A stretch of DNA of 32,000 nt from positions 1 to 32,000 of the forward strand of contig CANGHH010000017.1 of assembly GCA_947453725.1 (NCBI GenBank). Direction: 5' to 3'. This DNA is from Betaproteobacteria bacterium (GTDB lineage: Bacteria > Pseudomonadota > Gammaproteobacteria > Burkholderiales > Burkholderiaceae_C). Under the pieces are notes generated by a model. That model was given only the letters and a program-made list of their open reading frames with translations, was not told the DNA's origin and ran no database searches. The position numbers were made by a program, and so were the translations under genes. Of this stretch, positions 13,826 through 26,308 are shown piece after piece. Numbering within the stretch: position 1 is the first letter of the stretch; every line of letters begins with the position of its first letter.

Positions 13826-16375
13826 TCAGCTGCCGTCCGTCGCGCGCAGTACCGCCAAGCCCGCCGCCGATGCGGCCAGCACGCGCGGCAAGACCAGCGT
13901 GAACACCGAACCCACGCCCGCTTCGCTGCGGACCTGCACGTCACCGCCTTGGGCCTGCGCGATACGCCGCACCAGCGCCAGCCCCAGGCCGATGCCGCCA
14001 TATTCCTTGGTCGGCCCCGCACTGAGCTGGACGAAAGTTCCGAAGACGCGCGCGAGGTCGGCGTCGCCGATGCCGATGCCGTGGTCCTCGACTTCGACAC
14101 ACCAGCGCCCGGCGTCCAGGGCGCGGGCCCGCATAGCGACGAGGCCGCCAGGCTTGGAAAACTTGATGGCATTGGCCACCAGATTCAGCAGCATCTGCCG
14201 CAAGCGCAGCGGGTCGGCCACCACGCCGGCGAGGCCGCTGTCGACGGCCACCGAAAACGCAAGGTCCGCAGCCAGGCGCTGCGGCTCCAGCATCGCGGTG
14301 ACCTCGTCGAGCGCGGCCTGCACGGCCACCGGCTGCGGCTTGAAGACCCAGGGCGCCGCCGCCGACTGGGCGAAATCGAGCATGGTCTGCACCAGGCCCA
14401 GCAGATGCCGGCCGCTCTCGCCGATGAGGCTGAGGAACCTGGCGCGCTTCGGCGAGTCCGCTGCCAGCTGCCCGGCCTGCAGGATCTGCGCAAAGCCGAT
14501 CACGGCATTCAGCGGCGTGCGCATTTCGTGCGACATATTGGCCAGGAATTCGGTCTTCAAGCGATCCGCTTCCGCCAAGACGCGCTGGTCGGCCTGCAAT
14601 TCAGTGGCCCGCGCACGAACGGCCTCGGCCTCGCGCTGCGCGCTGATGTCGCTGACGACGGTGAAGGACTCGCCACCCGCCGCGTCGAGCAGGAGCTGCA
14701 GCGTCGAGACGTCGGCCCAGACCACGGTACCGTCCTTGCGGCGCAGTTCCATCTGCTGGCGAAAGTGTCCGCCGGTCTGCGACAGCGCACCGATGGCGGC
14801 GGCGACGGCGCGGTATTCGGCGGCGTCGCCGAAGAGTCTGGCGACCGGCATCGCCTGCCATTCGGCACCGCTGTAGCCGAAGAGGCGGTCCATGCCGCGG
14901 TTCTTCCAGACGATGACCCCGCGCCGGACGCGCAACATGCCGACGAGGTCGGTGGCCAGGATCGCGTGGTCTTCGGCCGTGCGCGCCGCCAGCGCGCTGC
15001 GCACGCTGTGCAAGTCGGTGATGTCCTGCATCACCGCGTGGCTGAGCATGAAACCGCCCGCCGGGTCGACCATCCGCCGGGCCGTGATCAGCACCCGCCG
15101 GGTCTCGCCCTGACGCCCGAGCAGGTCCTGCTCCACCCCGTCGAGCCGGCCGGTCTGCCTCAGCTGCTGCAGGTCCAGCGCGAAGCGCGCACGCCCTGCT
15201 TCGCTGAAGAAGTCGCCGGGACTCAGCTTGCCGACCACTTCGTCGCGGCTGCAGCCCAGCCAGTGCAGCTCGGTGGCGTTGAGGCCCAGGAAGCGGCCCT
15301 CGGCATCCAGCGTGTGGTAGCCGCAGGGCGCCTCGTCGTAAAGGCGCTGGGCCAGCGCCTGCGCGCGCAGGCTGCGCCGGGCCACGCGCGCGAGCACCCA
15401 GGTCGCGGCGCCGAACAACAGCAGCAGGCCGCCGGCCCACGCCGCCGTGTAGCGCCAGGCCGCCAGGAAATCATCGGTCGCCTGGCCGGCAAGCGCATAG
15501 ACCGGATCGTTTGCCAGCTTGCGGTAGGCAACGATCCGGTCGACGCCGTCGGCGGCGGTCACTGCACGGTAGACACCGACTGCTGGCGCCCCGGCCACGG
15601 TCTGCATCAGCGCATCCGACACCTGGGCGGCGCCCACGCTCAGCGCCAGGCCCGGCGAGGGGCTCGAGCGGGCCAGCAGGTCCATGTTCAGCATGCGCAG
15701 GCTCGCTGATCCATGAAGACCCGGCTGGGCAGCCACCACCAGCGGCTGCAGGCCGGTCAAGGGCAGGACCGCCACGACGACACCGGCAAAGCGCCCGCTC
15801 GGCGAGGGCCAGGGCCTGACCATCAGCAGCGCCGGCTCGCCGTCCGGCTTGCTGTTGAACGGGCCGAACAGCCGTTCCGGCGAATCGGGGTGCTCGCGCA
15901 TGAACGAGAAGTATTCGCGATCAGCGATGCTGTAAGGCACACAGGCCTGGGACAAGGAGCTGCAAACCAGGCGGCCGTCGGCGTCGAAGAACCCGATGCG
16001 CTGGATTTCGGGCACCACCGCAACCGTCTTGTCCGTTGTGGACCAGGAGGCAGGCCAGTCAGCCCCCCCCGCCCGCTGCTCGACCTGGCCCGCCGCATGG
16101 TTCAGCGCAAGCCTGACTTTGTCGAAAGTGGCACTGGCGCCGCGCTCCAGCAGGGCCGCGGTCGCGGCGACCTGCCTTTCCGCGTCGTCGGTCGCCGCGC
16201 GCCAGGACCGCCACAGCAGCAGGCTGCACAGCAGGACCGCCAGCACGTTGAGCAGCACCAGGCTCACATGAACCAATCGCAGCGTCGGCTGCGATGTCGG
16301 GCCAAGGGGCAAAGCCGGCGGAAAGGCGCTGTCAGCAGCGCCGCTGCTGGCGGGGTCTTGCGTGATGCGCATGGC
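13826..16375 (-). CDS. Membrane sensor histidine kinase (periplasmic sensor, two PAS domains, HisKA, HATPase)
   Basis: H-box FLANMSHEMRTPLNAVIGF, N-box LLNLVANAIKFS, and G-boxes DHGIGI and GGIGLGLALV. Two TM segments flank a ~270-aa periplasmic region. The start is placed at ATG 16375 (MRITQD) so the gene does not overlap the DUF429-like gene; the ORF is open to 16483. Confidence 0.9.
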   Translation of the reverse strand, partial: AMRITQDPASSGAADSAFPPALPLGPTSQPTLRLVHVSLVLLNVLAVLLCSLLLWRSWRAATDDAERQVAATAALLERGASATFDKVRLALNHAAGQVEQRAGGADWPASWSTTDKTVAVVPEIQRIGFFDADGRLVCSSLSQACVPYSIADREYFSFMREHPDSPERLFGPFNSKPDGEPALLMVRPWPSPSGRFAGVVVAVLPLTGLQPLVVAAQPGLHGSASLRMLNMDLLARSSPSPGLALSVGAAQVSDALMQTVAGAPAVGVYRAVTAADGVDRIVAYRKLANDPVYALAGQATDDFLAAWRYTAAWAGGLLLLFGAATWVLARVARRSLRAQALAQRLYDEAPCGYHTLDAEGRFLGLNATELHWLGCSRDEVVGKLSPGDFFSEAGRARFALDLQQLRQTGRLDGVEQDLLGRQGETRRVLITARRMVDPAGGFMLSHAVMQDITDLHSVRSALAARTAEDHAILATDLVGMLRVRRGVIVWKNRGMDRLFGYSGAEWQAMPVARLFGDAAEYRAVAAAIGALSQTGGHFRQQMELRRKDGTVVWADVSTLQLLLDAAGGESFTVVSDISAQREAEAVRARATELQADQRVLAEADRLKTEFLANMSHEMRTPLNAVIGFAQILQAGQLAADSPKRARFLSLIGESGRHLLGLVQTMLDFAQSAAAPWVFKPQPVAVQAALDEVTAMLEPQRLAADLAFSVAVDSGLAGVVADPLRLRQMLLNLVANAIKFSKPGGLVAMRARALDAGRWCVEVEDHGIGIGDADLARVFGTFVQLSAGPTKEYGGIGLGLALVRRIAQAQGGDVQVRSEAGVGSVFTLVLPRVLAASAAGLAVLRATDGS

Positions 16376-16427
16376 TGACCCTTCGTTGCCCCAGGGCCGA
16401 CCCAGTGTACGCCCGCGGTTTGCCGCC

Positions 16428-17243
16428 TCAGGCGGTGGCGATCCAACCTTCGACTGCGTCAACGCAAGCCGGCAAACCGGCATCCGGCCGCTGCGACGCC
16501 CAGCCGGCCTGCATCAGGCACAGCGCGGCGTCCAGGCGGTCGCCCGAGGCGTCGTCGACCAGGGCCTCGCGCTGGGCGTGGCTGAGCTTCAAGCGCAGGC
16601 CCAGGCGGCTGCGGCCCTGCTCCAGCGCGTCGACGATGTCCTTGCGGGCGATCAGCCGGTCGGGCTCGGTTGAATTCTTGTAGGACCGCCGGCCGATCAG
16701 TTCGAAGGCCAGCAGCCCGGGATAGCCTTCCAGCGCCACGCGCGCGGTGTCACCTTGACGAAGCTTCGGCAAGGTGACGCCGGCCGCCACCAGCCGCGAC
16801 AGGCCTTCGTAGTACATGAAACCGACGGGCACATAGCGCGTCTGCAAGGGGCTGGTCGAGCTGATGCCGGGCATCGCGCCGTCGGCCGCGCGGTGGATCA
16901 GGCGCTGGCCTTTGGGCTGCCCGTTGCCCCAGGCGTCGACCAGCGCCCGGAAAGCCATCCGGGTCGGGCAGCGGCGGTGGATTTCCTGGATCACGGCGTC
17001 GGTGCTGTCACCCAGTTCCAGCGACTGCACGAAGGCGCGCGGCAGGCCGAAGGGGAAGTCGAAGGCTCCCAGCCAGGGGCCGGCATCGCACAGCAGTGAC
17101 TCGAAGTCGGCCAGCGCGGGCAGCGCGTCCAGCCGCTCGAGCTTCAGCACCGCGCCGACGCGCCGCCCGCGCGCCACCGTGATCGGCTTGCGGGGCCCGG
17201 GCGCGCAGGTGAAATCGACGCCCAGCAGTTCGGCTTCGCTCAT
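16428..17243 (-). CDS. DUF429-like protein (predicted RNase-H-fold nuclease family)
   Basis: 271-aa ORF with an N-terminus (LLGVDFTCAP) typical, from memory, of DUF429 proteins. It sits between the ABC-2 permease and the kinase on the same strand. The family call was not verified by a search. Confidence 0.6.
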   Translation of the reverse strand: MSEAELLGVDFTCAPGPRKPITVARGRRVGAVLKLERLDALPALADFESLLCDAGPWLGAFDFPFGLPRAFVQSLELGDSTDAVIQEIHRRCPTRMAFRALVDAWGNGQPKGQRLIHRAADGAMPGISSTSPLQTRYVPVGFMYYEGLSRLVAAGVTLPKLRQGDTARVALEGYPGLLAFELIGRRSYKNSTEPDRLIARKDIVDALEQGRSRLGLRLKLSHAQREALVDDASGDRLDAALCLMQAGWASQRPDAGLPACVDAVEGWIATA

Positions 17244-17274
17244 GGACGACAGCGCCAGCGGCGAGCGGTGAAGC

Positions 17275-18042
17275 TCAGGCCTTGAGCCGGTAGCCGGTGC
17301 GGAAGATCCAGGTCACCACCAGCAGCGCGGCGCCCATGAACAGCGCCGTCATGGCCAGGCTCAGGCCGACGGCCACGTCGGCCTGGCCATAGAAGGACCA
17401 GCGGAAACCACTGACCAGGTAGACCACCGGGTTGAACAGCGCCACCTGCTGCCAGAAGGCCGGCAGCATGTCGATGCTGTAGAAGCTGCCGCCCAGGAAG
17501 GTCAATGGTGTGATGATCAGCAGCGGCACGACCTGCAGCTTCTCGAAGTTGTCGGCCCAGATGCCGATGATGAAGCCGACCAGGCTGAAGGTGACGGCCG
17601 TCAGCACCAGGAACAGCAGCATCCAGACCGGGTGCTCGACGCGCAGCGGCACGAAGAAGCCGGCCGTGGCCAGGATGATCAGGCCCAGGATCACGCTCTT
17701 GCTGGCCGCCGCGCCGACGTAGCTGAGCATGATCTCGACCGTGGACACCGGCGCCGACAGCAGCTCGTAGATCGTCCCGGTGAAGCGCGGGAAGTAGATG
17801 CCGAAACTGGCGTTGGACACGCTCTGCGTCAGCAGCGACAGCATGATCAGGCCCGGCACGATGAAGGCGCCGTAGGCCACGCCGCCGACCTCCGGGATGC
17901 GCGAACCGATGGCCGCGCCGAAGACGATGAAGTAGAGGCTGGTCGACAGCACCGGCGAGACGATGCTCTGCATCAGCGTGCGCCAGGTGCGCTTCATCTC
18001 GAAGCCGTAGATGGCGCGCACGGCGTGGATATTGAAACTCAT
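17275..18042 (-). CDS. ABC-2 type transporter permease (YadH-like)
   Basis: Start at [21 protein letters not shown]. Six predicted hydrophobic segments. It begins 10 nt after the stop of the ATPase gene. Confidence 0.88.
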   Translation of the reverse strand: MSFNIHAVRAIYGFEMKRTWRTLMQSIVSPVLSTSLYFIVFGAAIGSRIPEVGGVAYGAFIVPGLIMLSLLTQSVSNASFGIYFPRFTGTIYELLSAPVSTVEIMLSYVGAAASKSVILGLIILATAGFFVPLRVEHPVWMLLFLVLTAVTFSLVGFIIGIWADNFEKLQVVPLLIITPLTFLGGSFYSIDMLPAFWQQVALFNPVVYLVSGFRWSFYGQADVAVGLSLAMTALFMGAALLVVTWIFRTGYRLKA

Positions 18043-18052
18043 GCGGCGACAC

Positions 18053-18988
<936 letters not shown>

Positions 18989-19045
18989 GCAACGAGGATA
19001 GCCGTTGCCCTGCCCGCCCACAGCGCCCGCGATAAAGTCCTTCGC

Positions 19046-20095
19046 ATGCAAACCAACCCCATCCTCATCGACGTGCTGCGCGGCAGCGCCGTCGAATCCA
19101 GCCACCGCGGCGCGCTGGCCATCGTCGACGCCGACGGCGCCGTCCACACCGCGCTGGGCGACATCGACAGGCCGATCTTCCCGCGCTCGGCGGTGAAGGT
19201 CCTGCAGGCGCTGCCGCTGGTGGAAAGCGGTGCCGCCGACCGCTTCGGCCTGAACGACGAGGAACTGGCGCTGGCCTGCGCCAGCCACGGGGGCGAGGCG
19301 CGCCACGCACAGACCGCGGCCGGCATGCTGGCCAAGGCCGGGCTGGACGCCACGGCGCTGGAATGCGGCACGCACTGGCCCTATTACGACGGCGCGATCA
19401 AGGCGCTGGCCGCCGCCGGTGCGTTGCCCAGCGCGCTGCACAACAACTGCTCGGGCAAGCATTCGGGCTTCGTCTGCCTGGGCTGCATGCTGGCCGGCGG
19501 CCAGGACCGGCGCGACTTCGTCAGCGGCTACCTGCAGCCCCGGCACCCGGTGATGCGCGAGGTGACGGCCAGCCTGCAGGCCGCCACCGGCTGGGACCTG
19601 GCCAACACGCCGGTCGGCACCGACGGCTGCAGCATCCCGACCTTCGCGATCCCTTTGCGCAACCTGGCGCTGGCCTTCGCCCGCGTCGGCACCGGCGTGG
19701 GCCTGCGCACGGGCCGCGCGGCGGCAGCCCGGCGGCTGCGCCAAGCGGTCGCCGCAGCCCCGTTCATGGTCGCCGGCAGCGGCCGCTTCGACACACGGGT
19801 GATGGAACGCCTGGGCGACCGCGTGTTCTGCAAGGTCGGCGCCGAGGGCGTCTACTGCGCCGCGGTGCCCGAACTGGGCCTCGGCGTGGCGCTGAAGATG
19901 GACGACGGCAACACCGCCCGCGCCTGCGAGGTGGTGATGGCCGTCGCCATCGAACGCCTGCTGGCGCTCGACGAAGCCGACGCGGCCTTCATGGAAGCCT
20001 TCAGCCACCCGGTGATGCGCAACTGGAACGGCATCGAAGTCGGCGGTCTGCGGCCGTCGGGCACGCTGATCGCCTTCGCCGCCGCCGCTGCCTGA
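19046..20095 (+). CDS. Asparaginase-II family protein (349 aa)
   Basis: Start at ATG 19046 ([22 protein letters not shown]). Motifs [13 protein letters not shown] and [10 protein letters not shown] are typical of the Rhizobium-type asparaginase family. The first ~300 aa of the 650-aa track ORF are antisense to the ABC ATPase gene and were rejected. Confidence 0.82.
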   Translation: MQTNPILIDVLRGSAVESSHRGALAIVDADGAVHTALGDIDRPIFPRSAVKVLQALPLVESGAADRFGLNDEELALACASHGGEARHAQTAAGMLAKAGLDATALECGTHWPYYDGAIKALAAAGALPSALHNNCSGKHSGFVCLGCMLAGGQDRRDFVSGYLQPRHPVMREVTASLQAATGWDLANTPVGTDGCSIPTFAIPLRNLALAFARVGTGVGLRTGRAAAARRLRQAVAAAPFMVAGSGRFDTRVMERLGDRVFCKVGAEGVYCAAVPELGLGVALKMDDGNTARACEVVMAVAIERLLALDEADAAFMEAFSHPVMRNWNGIEVGGLRPSGTLIAFAAAAA

Positions 20096-20137
20096 CCAAG
20101 CCGCCGCGCAGCGCGCGGCAGCGACTCGGGCGGCGGT

Positions 20138-21511
<1,374 letters not shown>

Positions 21512-21662
21512 TCAGCGCCCGGCCCGTGATTGCGCACGATCAATCGGCCCGCGCCAGGCCGTCCTATCGTTTCTGCGGGACTTGCTGCAAGGGTGGAAAG
21601 CCGGCTCGGCCCCCCGCCCCTGCAGCATGCCGTCACGTTGTCAAACCGGAAAGGCTTGAATC

Positions 21663-22229
21663 ATGAAGAAGACACGCATGGGATGGGCGGCGGTGGCTGC
21701 CTTGAGTCTGTCGACCGCCGCCAGTGCACAGGGCTACCTCGGCGCCAGCATCGGCCAGACCCATCTGAACGCCGATTGCAGCGGGACGCTGACCTGCGAC
21801 ACCAGCGACACGGGCTTCAAGGCATTTGGCGGTTACAAGTTTCACCCCAACATGGCGCTTGAACTGAACTACCTGAATTTCGGCAAGGCCAAGGCCTCGG
21901 CCCTGGTCGGCGGCACCACGGTGAATGCCGAAATCAAGACCACCGGCATCGGCGCGGGCGTGGCCTTCATGGGAGAGTTCGCGCCGTCCTGGCTGGGCAC
22001 GGCCCGCGTCGGTGTCGCCCGCGTCAAGACCGAGATCACGGGCTCGATGTCGGGCCTGTTCGCGTCGGACAGCGAGAGTTCGACGCAGGCCTATTTCGGG
22101 CTGGGTGTCGGCTATGCGATGACGAAGAACGTGTCGCTCGACCTCAGCGCCGACTTCTCACGCTCGCACTACGCCGGCGAATCGAGCAACGTGCGCATGG
22201 TCGGGCTGGGGTTGACGGCCTCCTTCTGA
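21663..22229 (+). CDS. Small outer-membrane beta-barrel protein (OmpA-like TM / OmpW-like family)
   Basis: Signal peptide MKKTRMGWAAVAALSLSTAASAQG, alternating amphipathic strands, and a C-terminal LGLTASF ending in Phe. Confidence 0.85.
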   Translation: MKKTRMGWAAVAALSLSTAASAQGYLGASIGQTHLNADCSGTLTCDTSDTGFKAFGGYKFHPNMALELNYLNFGKAKASALVGGTTVNAEIKTTGIGAGVAFMGEFAPSWLGTARVGVARVKTEITGSMSGLFASDSESSTQAYFGLGVGYAMTKNVSLDLSADFSRSHYAGESSNVRMVGLGLTASF

Positions 22230-22296
22230 AGCCGATGGCGGCGGGCTGAGGCCCCGCTTCGCTACAGTGCCGGTTTCCCCAGCCCCGATTGCCGGC

Positions 22297-23106
22297 ATGA
22301 CCCGACTGCACCGCGAATTTCATCGCCTCTTCCGCTGCAGCCCGATCGTGCCGGCCGACGGGGCCCTCCGGCGCACGGACCCGGCCGCTGCCGAAGGGCC
22401 CGTTCGCACGCTGGTGCTTGAACTCGCCCGGCCAGCCTGGTGGCCGCCGCTGGCGGCGGTCTGGAAGGGCGTGCAGACCGACTACGGCCTGCCGGCACCG
22501 GCCATCGCCGTCAACGGCCGCGACGGCCTGCAGCTGTGGTTCTCGCTGGCCCAAGCGCAGGACCCGGCGCGAGGGCTGGCCTTTCTGGAAGGCCTGCGCC
22601 TGCGCTACCTGGCCGACCTGCCCCGCGACCGCGTCGGCCTGATGCCCTGGTCGGGCTCGACCGCCGGCTCGGGCGCAGCACCGCTGGCGACGGTGGTGCC
22701 CGCTGCGCAGGCGGCCAGCGGCGGCTGGTCGGCCTTTGTCGCGCCGGACCTGGCGCCGATGTTCGAGGAAGAGCCGTGGCTGGCCCTGCATCCCGGCGAC
22801 GACGGGCAGGCGGAACTGCTGGCCCGGCTGGACAGCACGCCGCTGGCGCTCTTCGACGCCGCACTGGAAGGTCTGCAGGCGCATGCGGCGGACGCCAGAG
22901 CGACGGTGGCGGCCAGCACGGCAGCTGCCGTCGCAGCGGCTGCTGCGCGGGCCGCCAGCGCTGACGTCGGCACCGCCGACCTGCCGGCTGCCGTCAACCG
23001 CGAGGCCCAGCGCTTCCTGCTGGCGGTGATGAACGACGCAGCCGCCCCGCTGGCGCTGCGCGTCGAAGCCGCCAAGGCCTTGTTGCCCTGGGGCCCGCAG
23101 GCCTGA
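22297..23106 (+). CDS. Hypothetical Ala-rich protein (269 aa from MTRLH)
   Basis: ORF from the track, with GC3-rich codon usage. No domain was recognised. The start is uncertain (22267 or 22297). Confidence 0.55.
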   Translation: MTRLHREFHRLFRCSPIVPADGALRRTDPAAAEGPVRTLVLELARPAWWPPLAAVWKGVQTDYGLPAPAIAVNGRDGLQLWFSLAQAQDPARGLAFLEGLRLRYLADLPRDRVGLMPWSGSTAGSGAAPLATVVPAAQAASGGWSAFVAPDLAPMFEEEPWLALHPGDDGQAELLARLDSTPLALFDAALEGLQAHAADARATVAASTAAAVAAAAARAASADVGTADLPAAVNREAQRFLLAVMNDAAAPLALRVEAAKALLPWGPQA

Positions 23107-23172
23107 AGGCAGGACGCGCTGCCGCGCGCGCCGAGGCTCAGCCGGCAGCGCCGGGCAGCCGACGAAGTACCG

Positions 23173-26100
23173 TCAGTTCCGCTCCGGCAGGTTCTGTCCG
23201 TCGAAGATCGTCGTGCAGCGGCCGTCGCCGGGCTCGCCCTTGCGGCACATGTAGGAGCGACGCGCGGTGATCAGGCCATGGCGTTTGGCCACGTCGTAAT
23301 CGCCGGCACCCAGTGATTTGCCGCAGCGGTAGACATCCCACTGCCTGCCGTCGATCACCGGGCCGCCGGCGGCCCAGGTGCCGCCGGCGCAATGCTGACG
23401 CCGCAGCGCGCTTTCCAGGCTCGGTTCGTCGACGATGATCTGGTTGTCGAGCGAGCCATCGCAGGCCCATTTGCCGGACTTCTTGCTTTGGATGCAGATG
23501 GCCAGTGCTTCCGGCTGGACCGGACCCCAAGCGTCGATGCGCTTCTGCTTGGCCGCGGCGGCGGCGGCGATCTCCTTGAGGGCTTTGGCTTCGGCGGCCT
23601 CCTGGTCCTTCTTCACTTGGGCCAGACGGGCGAGTTCGCGCTCTTGCTCCTGCTTCAGCTTGTCGAGCCGCGCGGCCTCCAGCGCCTTGGCTCTGGCAGC
23701 AGCGTCGTCCTGGCTGCGCGCGTTGTCGCGGCGCTCCTGGTCGGCGCGCTGCTGCGTGGCGGCCTGGGCCACTTGCACGGCGGCGGCCTCAGCACGCAGG
23801 GCGGGAACCGCGGTGCCGGCGGCGGCCGCGACACCACTCCGGGCCTGGGCCTGGGCCTGGGCCTGGGTCTGCGCCAAGGCCTGCCGCCGTTCCTGCTCGG
23901 CTCGGGCGCGTTCCTGGGCCGCGGCGACGCGGGCCCGCTCCTGCTCGACCGCCCGCTGCTGCTGTTCGGCCATCGCCTGCTGGACGGCGGCCGACTGCGC
24001 GCGCGCGGCGCGGATGTCGTTCGTCGCGGCGGCGATGCCACCGGCCTTGCCATCGGTGGCCACGTCCTGCACGAAGCCGCTGATCAGGCGCAACTTGTCC
24101 GGGCTGGGTATGCCGCGGGCGCTGCCGATGATGGCCGAGCCGATGAAGCCGGCGATCAGCTGGCCGGATGAATCGGAACTGCTGCTGGCCTGCCGACTCT
24201 GCTGTTCGGTCTGACCCTGCGGCTTGTCCTCGACCCATTGGCCGGCATAGCGATCGCCGTCGGCGTAGACCATCACGCCGTAGCCGTTCATGTTGCCGCG
24301 CGCCATCTCGCCGTCGTACTGGCTGCCGTTGGCAAAGCGGTAGACGCCGCGGCCCGAGAACTGGCCGTCGAGGAAGCCCCCTTCGTAGCTGTGGCCCTTG
24401 GCGCTCACCCACTTGCCCAGGCCCGAGCGCTTGCCCTTCAGGAAGGTGCCCTCGTAGCGCCCGCCGTCGGCCTCGTTCTCGACCCCCTGCCCGTCGCGCA
24501 GGCCCTCGACAAAATCGCCGTCGTAGCGCGCGCCGTTGGCCTCCAGCTGCCTGCCGCGGCCGCTGCGCTTGTCCTGCAGGAAATCGCCCTCGTAGCGGGC
24601 GCCGCTGGCCCAGACCAGCACGCCGCGGCCTGAATACTGGCCGGCCAGGAATTCGCCTTCGTAGCGCATGCCGTCGGGGAAGGTGTAGACGCCCCGCCCC
24701 GTGCGCAGACCCTTGTCGTCGAACTCGCCTTCGTAACGGTGGCCGCTGGGCCCGGTGTAGAGGCCGCGCGCGATGCGGCCGCCCATGAAGTCGCCCTCGT
24801 AACGCGAGCCGCCGGCCAGCACCAGGCTGCCACGGCCTTGCCGCTTGCCGTCGACGAAACCGCCTTCGTAGAGGTCGCCGGCCACGCCGACCGTGACGCC
24901 CGCGCCGGTCCGCTTCTCGGCCACCGCCGCCAGGTCGACGTCCAGGCGCTTGCCATCCGGCTTGGTCAAAACGCCGCGCGAGGCCGTACCGGCGAGGAAC
25001 TGGCCTTCGAAGACGTCGCCGTCGGCGTAGCGCAAACGTCCAGGGCCCTGGTACTGCCCGGCGACCCAGGTGCCTTCGTAGCGCTGGCCCGAGGGCCAGG
25101 TGAACACGCCCTGGCCCGCGTAGCGGCCCTGGGCGTCGAAACCGCCTTCGTAGACCAGCCCGTCGCCCAGGACGCGCTTGCCGCTGAGCAGCAGGTCGTT
25201 CGCAAATTCGCCCTCGGCGGTCTGGCCATTCGCATAGCGCAGCTTGCCGGGGCCCTGGCGCTTGCCGTCGACATGGGCGCCTTCGTAGCGGTTGCCCGTC
25301 AGGTCGGTGCTGACGAAGCTGCCGGTCCTCTTGGCCGTCACGGCGTCCAGATCGACGTCGACGCGCTGGCCGTCGGTCAGCACGCGGGTGCCCTTGACGG
25401 CCTTGCCGGCGGCGTAGGTGCCTTCGAAGACCGCATCGCCCGTTTTCATGCGCCCGGGGCCGTGCTGGTCGTCGGCCAGCCAGCCGCCGTCGTAGCGCTG
25501 GCCGCTGGGCCACAGATAGCTGCCCTGGCCCTCGCGCTGACCCTTGGCGTTGAAGCTGCCTTCGTAGCTTTGGCCGTTGGCGTAGCGGCGCACCCCGCGC
25601 TGCATCAGGCCGGCCACGAAATCACCTTCGGAGACCACGCCGTCGGCCGCCAGCAGTTTGCCGCGGCCCTGGCGCTGGCCGTTGACGAAGCTGCCCTCGT
25701 AGCGGTTGCCCGAAATGTCCACGGTGATGCCCAGACCGCTGCGCTTCTCGGCCACAGCGGCCATGTCGACCTCGGTGCGCTGGCCGTCGCTGGTGGTCCG
25801 CACACCGCGCAGAAAGATCTGCCCGGCGTCGAACTCGCCCTGAAAGACCGCGCCGTTGGAAAAGACGTAGCGCCCCGTGCCCTGCAAACGGCCTTCCAGG
25901 TGGTTACCTTCGTAGCGTTCACCATTCGGCATGACCGAAACACCCGGGCCCGAGGCGCGACCCAGGGCGTCGAAACCTCCCTCGTAGACCCTCCCGTTGG
26001 CATAGGCGATGCGCCCGCGCAGCATGCGGTTGTCCGCGAACTGGCCTTCGTAGCGGTCGCCGTTGGCCCAGGTCAGCACGCCCTCGCCCTGGCGCTTGCC

Positions 26101-26262
26101 CTGCACGTGGCCGCCTTCGTAGCGCATGCCGTTGTCCCAGACATAGACGCCCTGGCCCTTGACCTTGTCGATGGACAGCCAGCGGTCGGCGGCGAGGGAC
26201 GGCGTCACGGCGCTGGCGGCGGCCAGGGCCAGCGCACAGGCGCGCAAGGCTTTGAGGATCAT
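23173..26262 (-). CDS. Secreted MORN-repeat protein (1029 aa): about 25 MORN repeats, a coiled coil, and a Cys-containing C-terminal domain
   Basis: The start is placed at ATG 26262 (MILKALRACALALAAASAVTPSLAADRW, a Sec-type signal). YEG-x-(F/W)-x-x-G-x-x-x-G-x-G units recur about 25 times. These are followed by an E/R/A/Q-rich coiled coil and a C-terminal ~120 aa with 6 Cys. Confidence 0.9.
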   Translation of the reverse strand: MILKALRACALALAAASAVTPSLAADRWLSIDKVKGQGVYVWDNGMRYEGGHVQGKRQGEGVLTWANGDRYEGQFADNRMLRGRIAYANGRVYEGGFDALGRASGPGVSVMPNGERYEGNHLEGRLQGTGRYVFSNGAVFQGEFDAGQIFLRGVRTTSDGQRTEVDMAAVAEKRSGLGITVDISGNRYEGSFVNGQRQGRGKLLAADGVVSEGDFVAGLMQRGVRRYANGQSYEGSFNAKGQREGQGSYLWPSGQRYDGGWLADDQHGPGRMKTGDAVFEGTYAAGKAVKGTRVLTDGQRVDVDLDAVTAKRTGSFVSTDLTGNRYEGAHVDGKRQGPGKLRYANGQTAEGEFANDLLLSGKRVLGDGLVYEGGFDAQGRYAGQGVFTWPSGQRYEGTWVAGQYQGPGRLRYADGDVFEGQFLAGTASRGVLTKPDGKRLDVDLAAVAEKRTGAGVTVGVAGDLYEGGFVDGKRQGRGSLVLAGGSRYEGDFMGGRIARGLYTGPSGHRYEGEFDDKGLRTGRGVYTFPDGMRYEGEFLAGQYSGRGVLVWASGARYEGDFLQDKRSGRGRQLEANGARYDGDFVEGLRDGQGVENEADGGRYEGTFLKGKRSGLGKWVSAKGHSYEGGFLDGQFSGRGVYRFANGSQYDGEMARGNMNGYGVMVYADGDRYAGQWVEDKPQGQTEQQSRQASSSSDSSGQLIAGFIGSAIIGSARGIPSPDKLRLISGFVQDVATDGKAGGIAAATNDIRAARAQSAAVQQAMAEQQQRAVEQERARVAAAQERARAEQERRQALAQTQAQAQAQARSGVAAAAGTAVPALRAEAAAVQVAQAATQQRADQERRDNARSQDDAAARAKALEAARLDKLKQEQERELARLAQVKKDQEAAEAKALKEIAAAAAAKQKRIDAWGPVQPEALAICIQSKKSGKWACDGSLDNQIIVDEPSLESALRRQHCAGGTWAAGGPVIDGRQWDVYRCGKSLGAGDYDVAKRHGLITARRSYMCRKGEPGDGRCTTIFDGQNLPERN
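23841..23870. repeat. Hexanucleotide tandem repeat: four GGGCCT units plus GGGTCT, inside the MORN gene (encodes the QAQAQAQA tract)
   Basis: Read directly at 23841-23870. The repeat is in frame, with a unit length of 6. Confidence 0.8.
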
Positions 26263-26308
26263 GGACTGGACCAGCAGGAGGGAGAGGCGCGGACCGGGAT
26301 ATTGTGGT

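Noticed and set aside
13676-15709. 677-aa + ORF overlapping the histidine kinase gene
   Set aside because: It is antisense to a kinase with complete H, N and G boxes. It is low-complexity and Arg/Gly/Ala/His-rich.
22400-22560. The NGRDGLQLWFSL segment of the Ala-rich hypothetical, which faintly recalls the SGxGxH motif of primase-polymerase / LigD-pol domains
   Set aside because: The catalytic Asp-x-Asp and His are not evident. The resemblance rests on a few residues.
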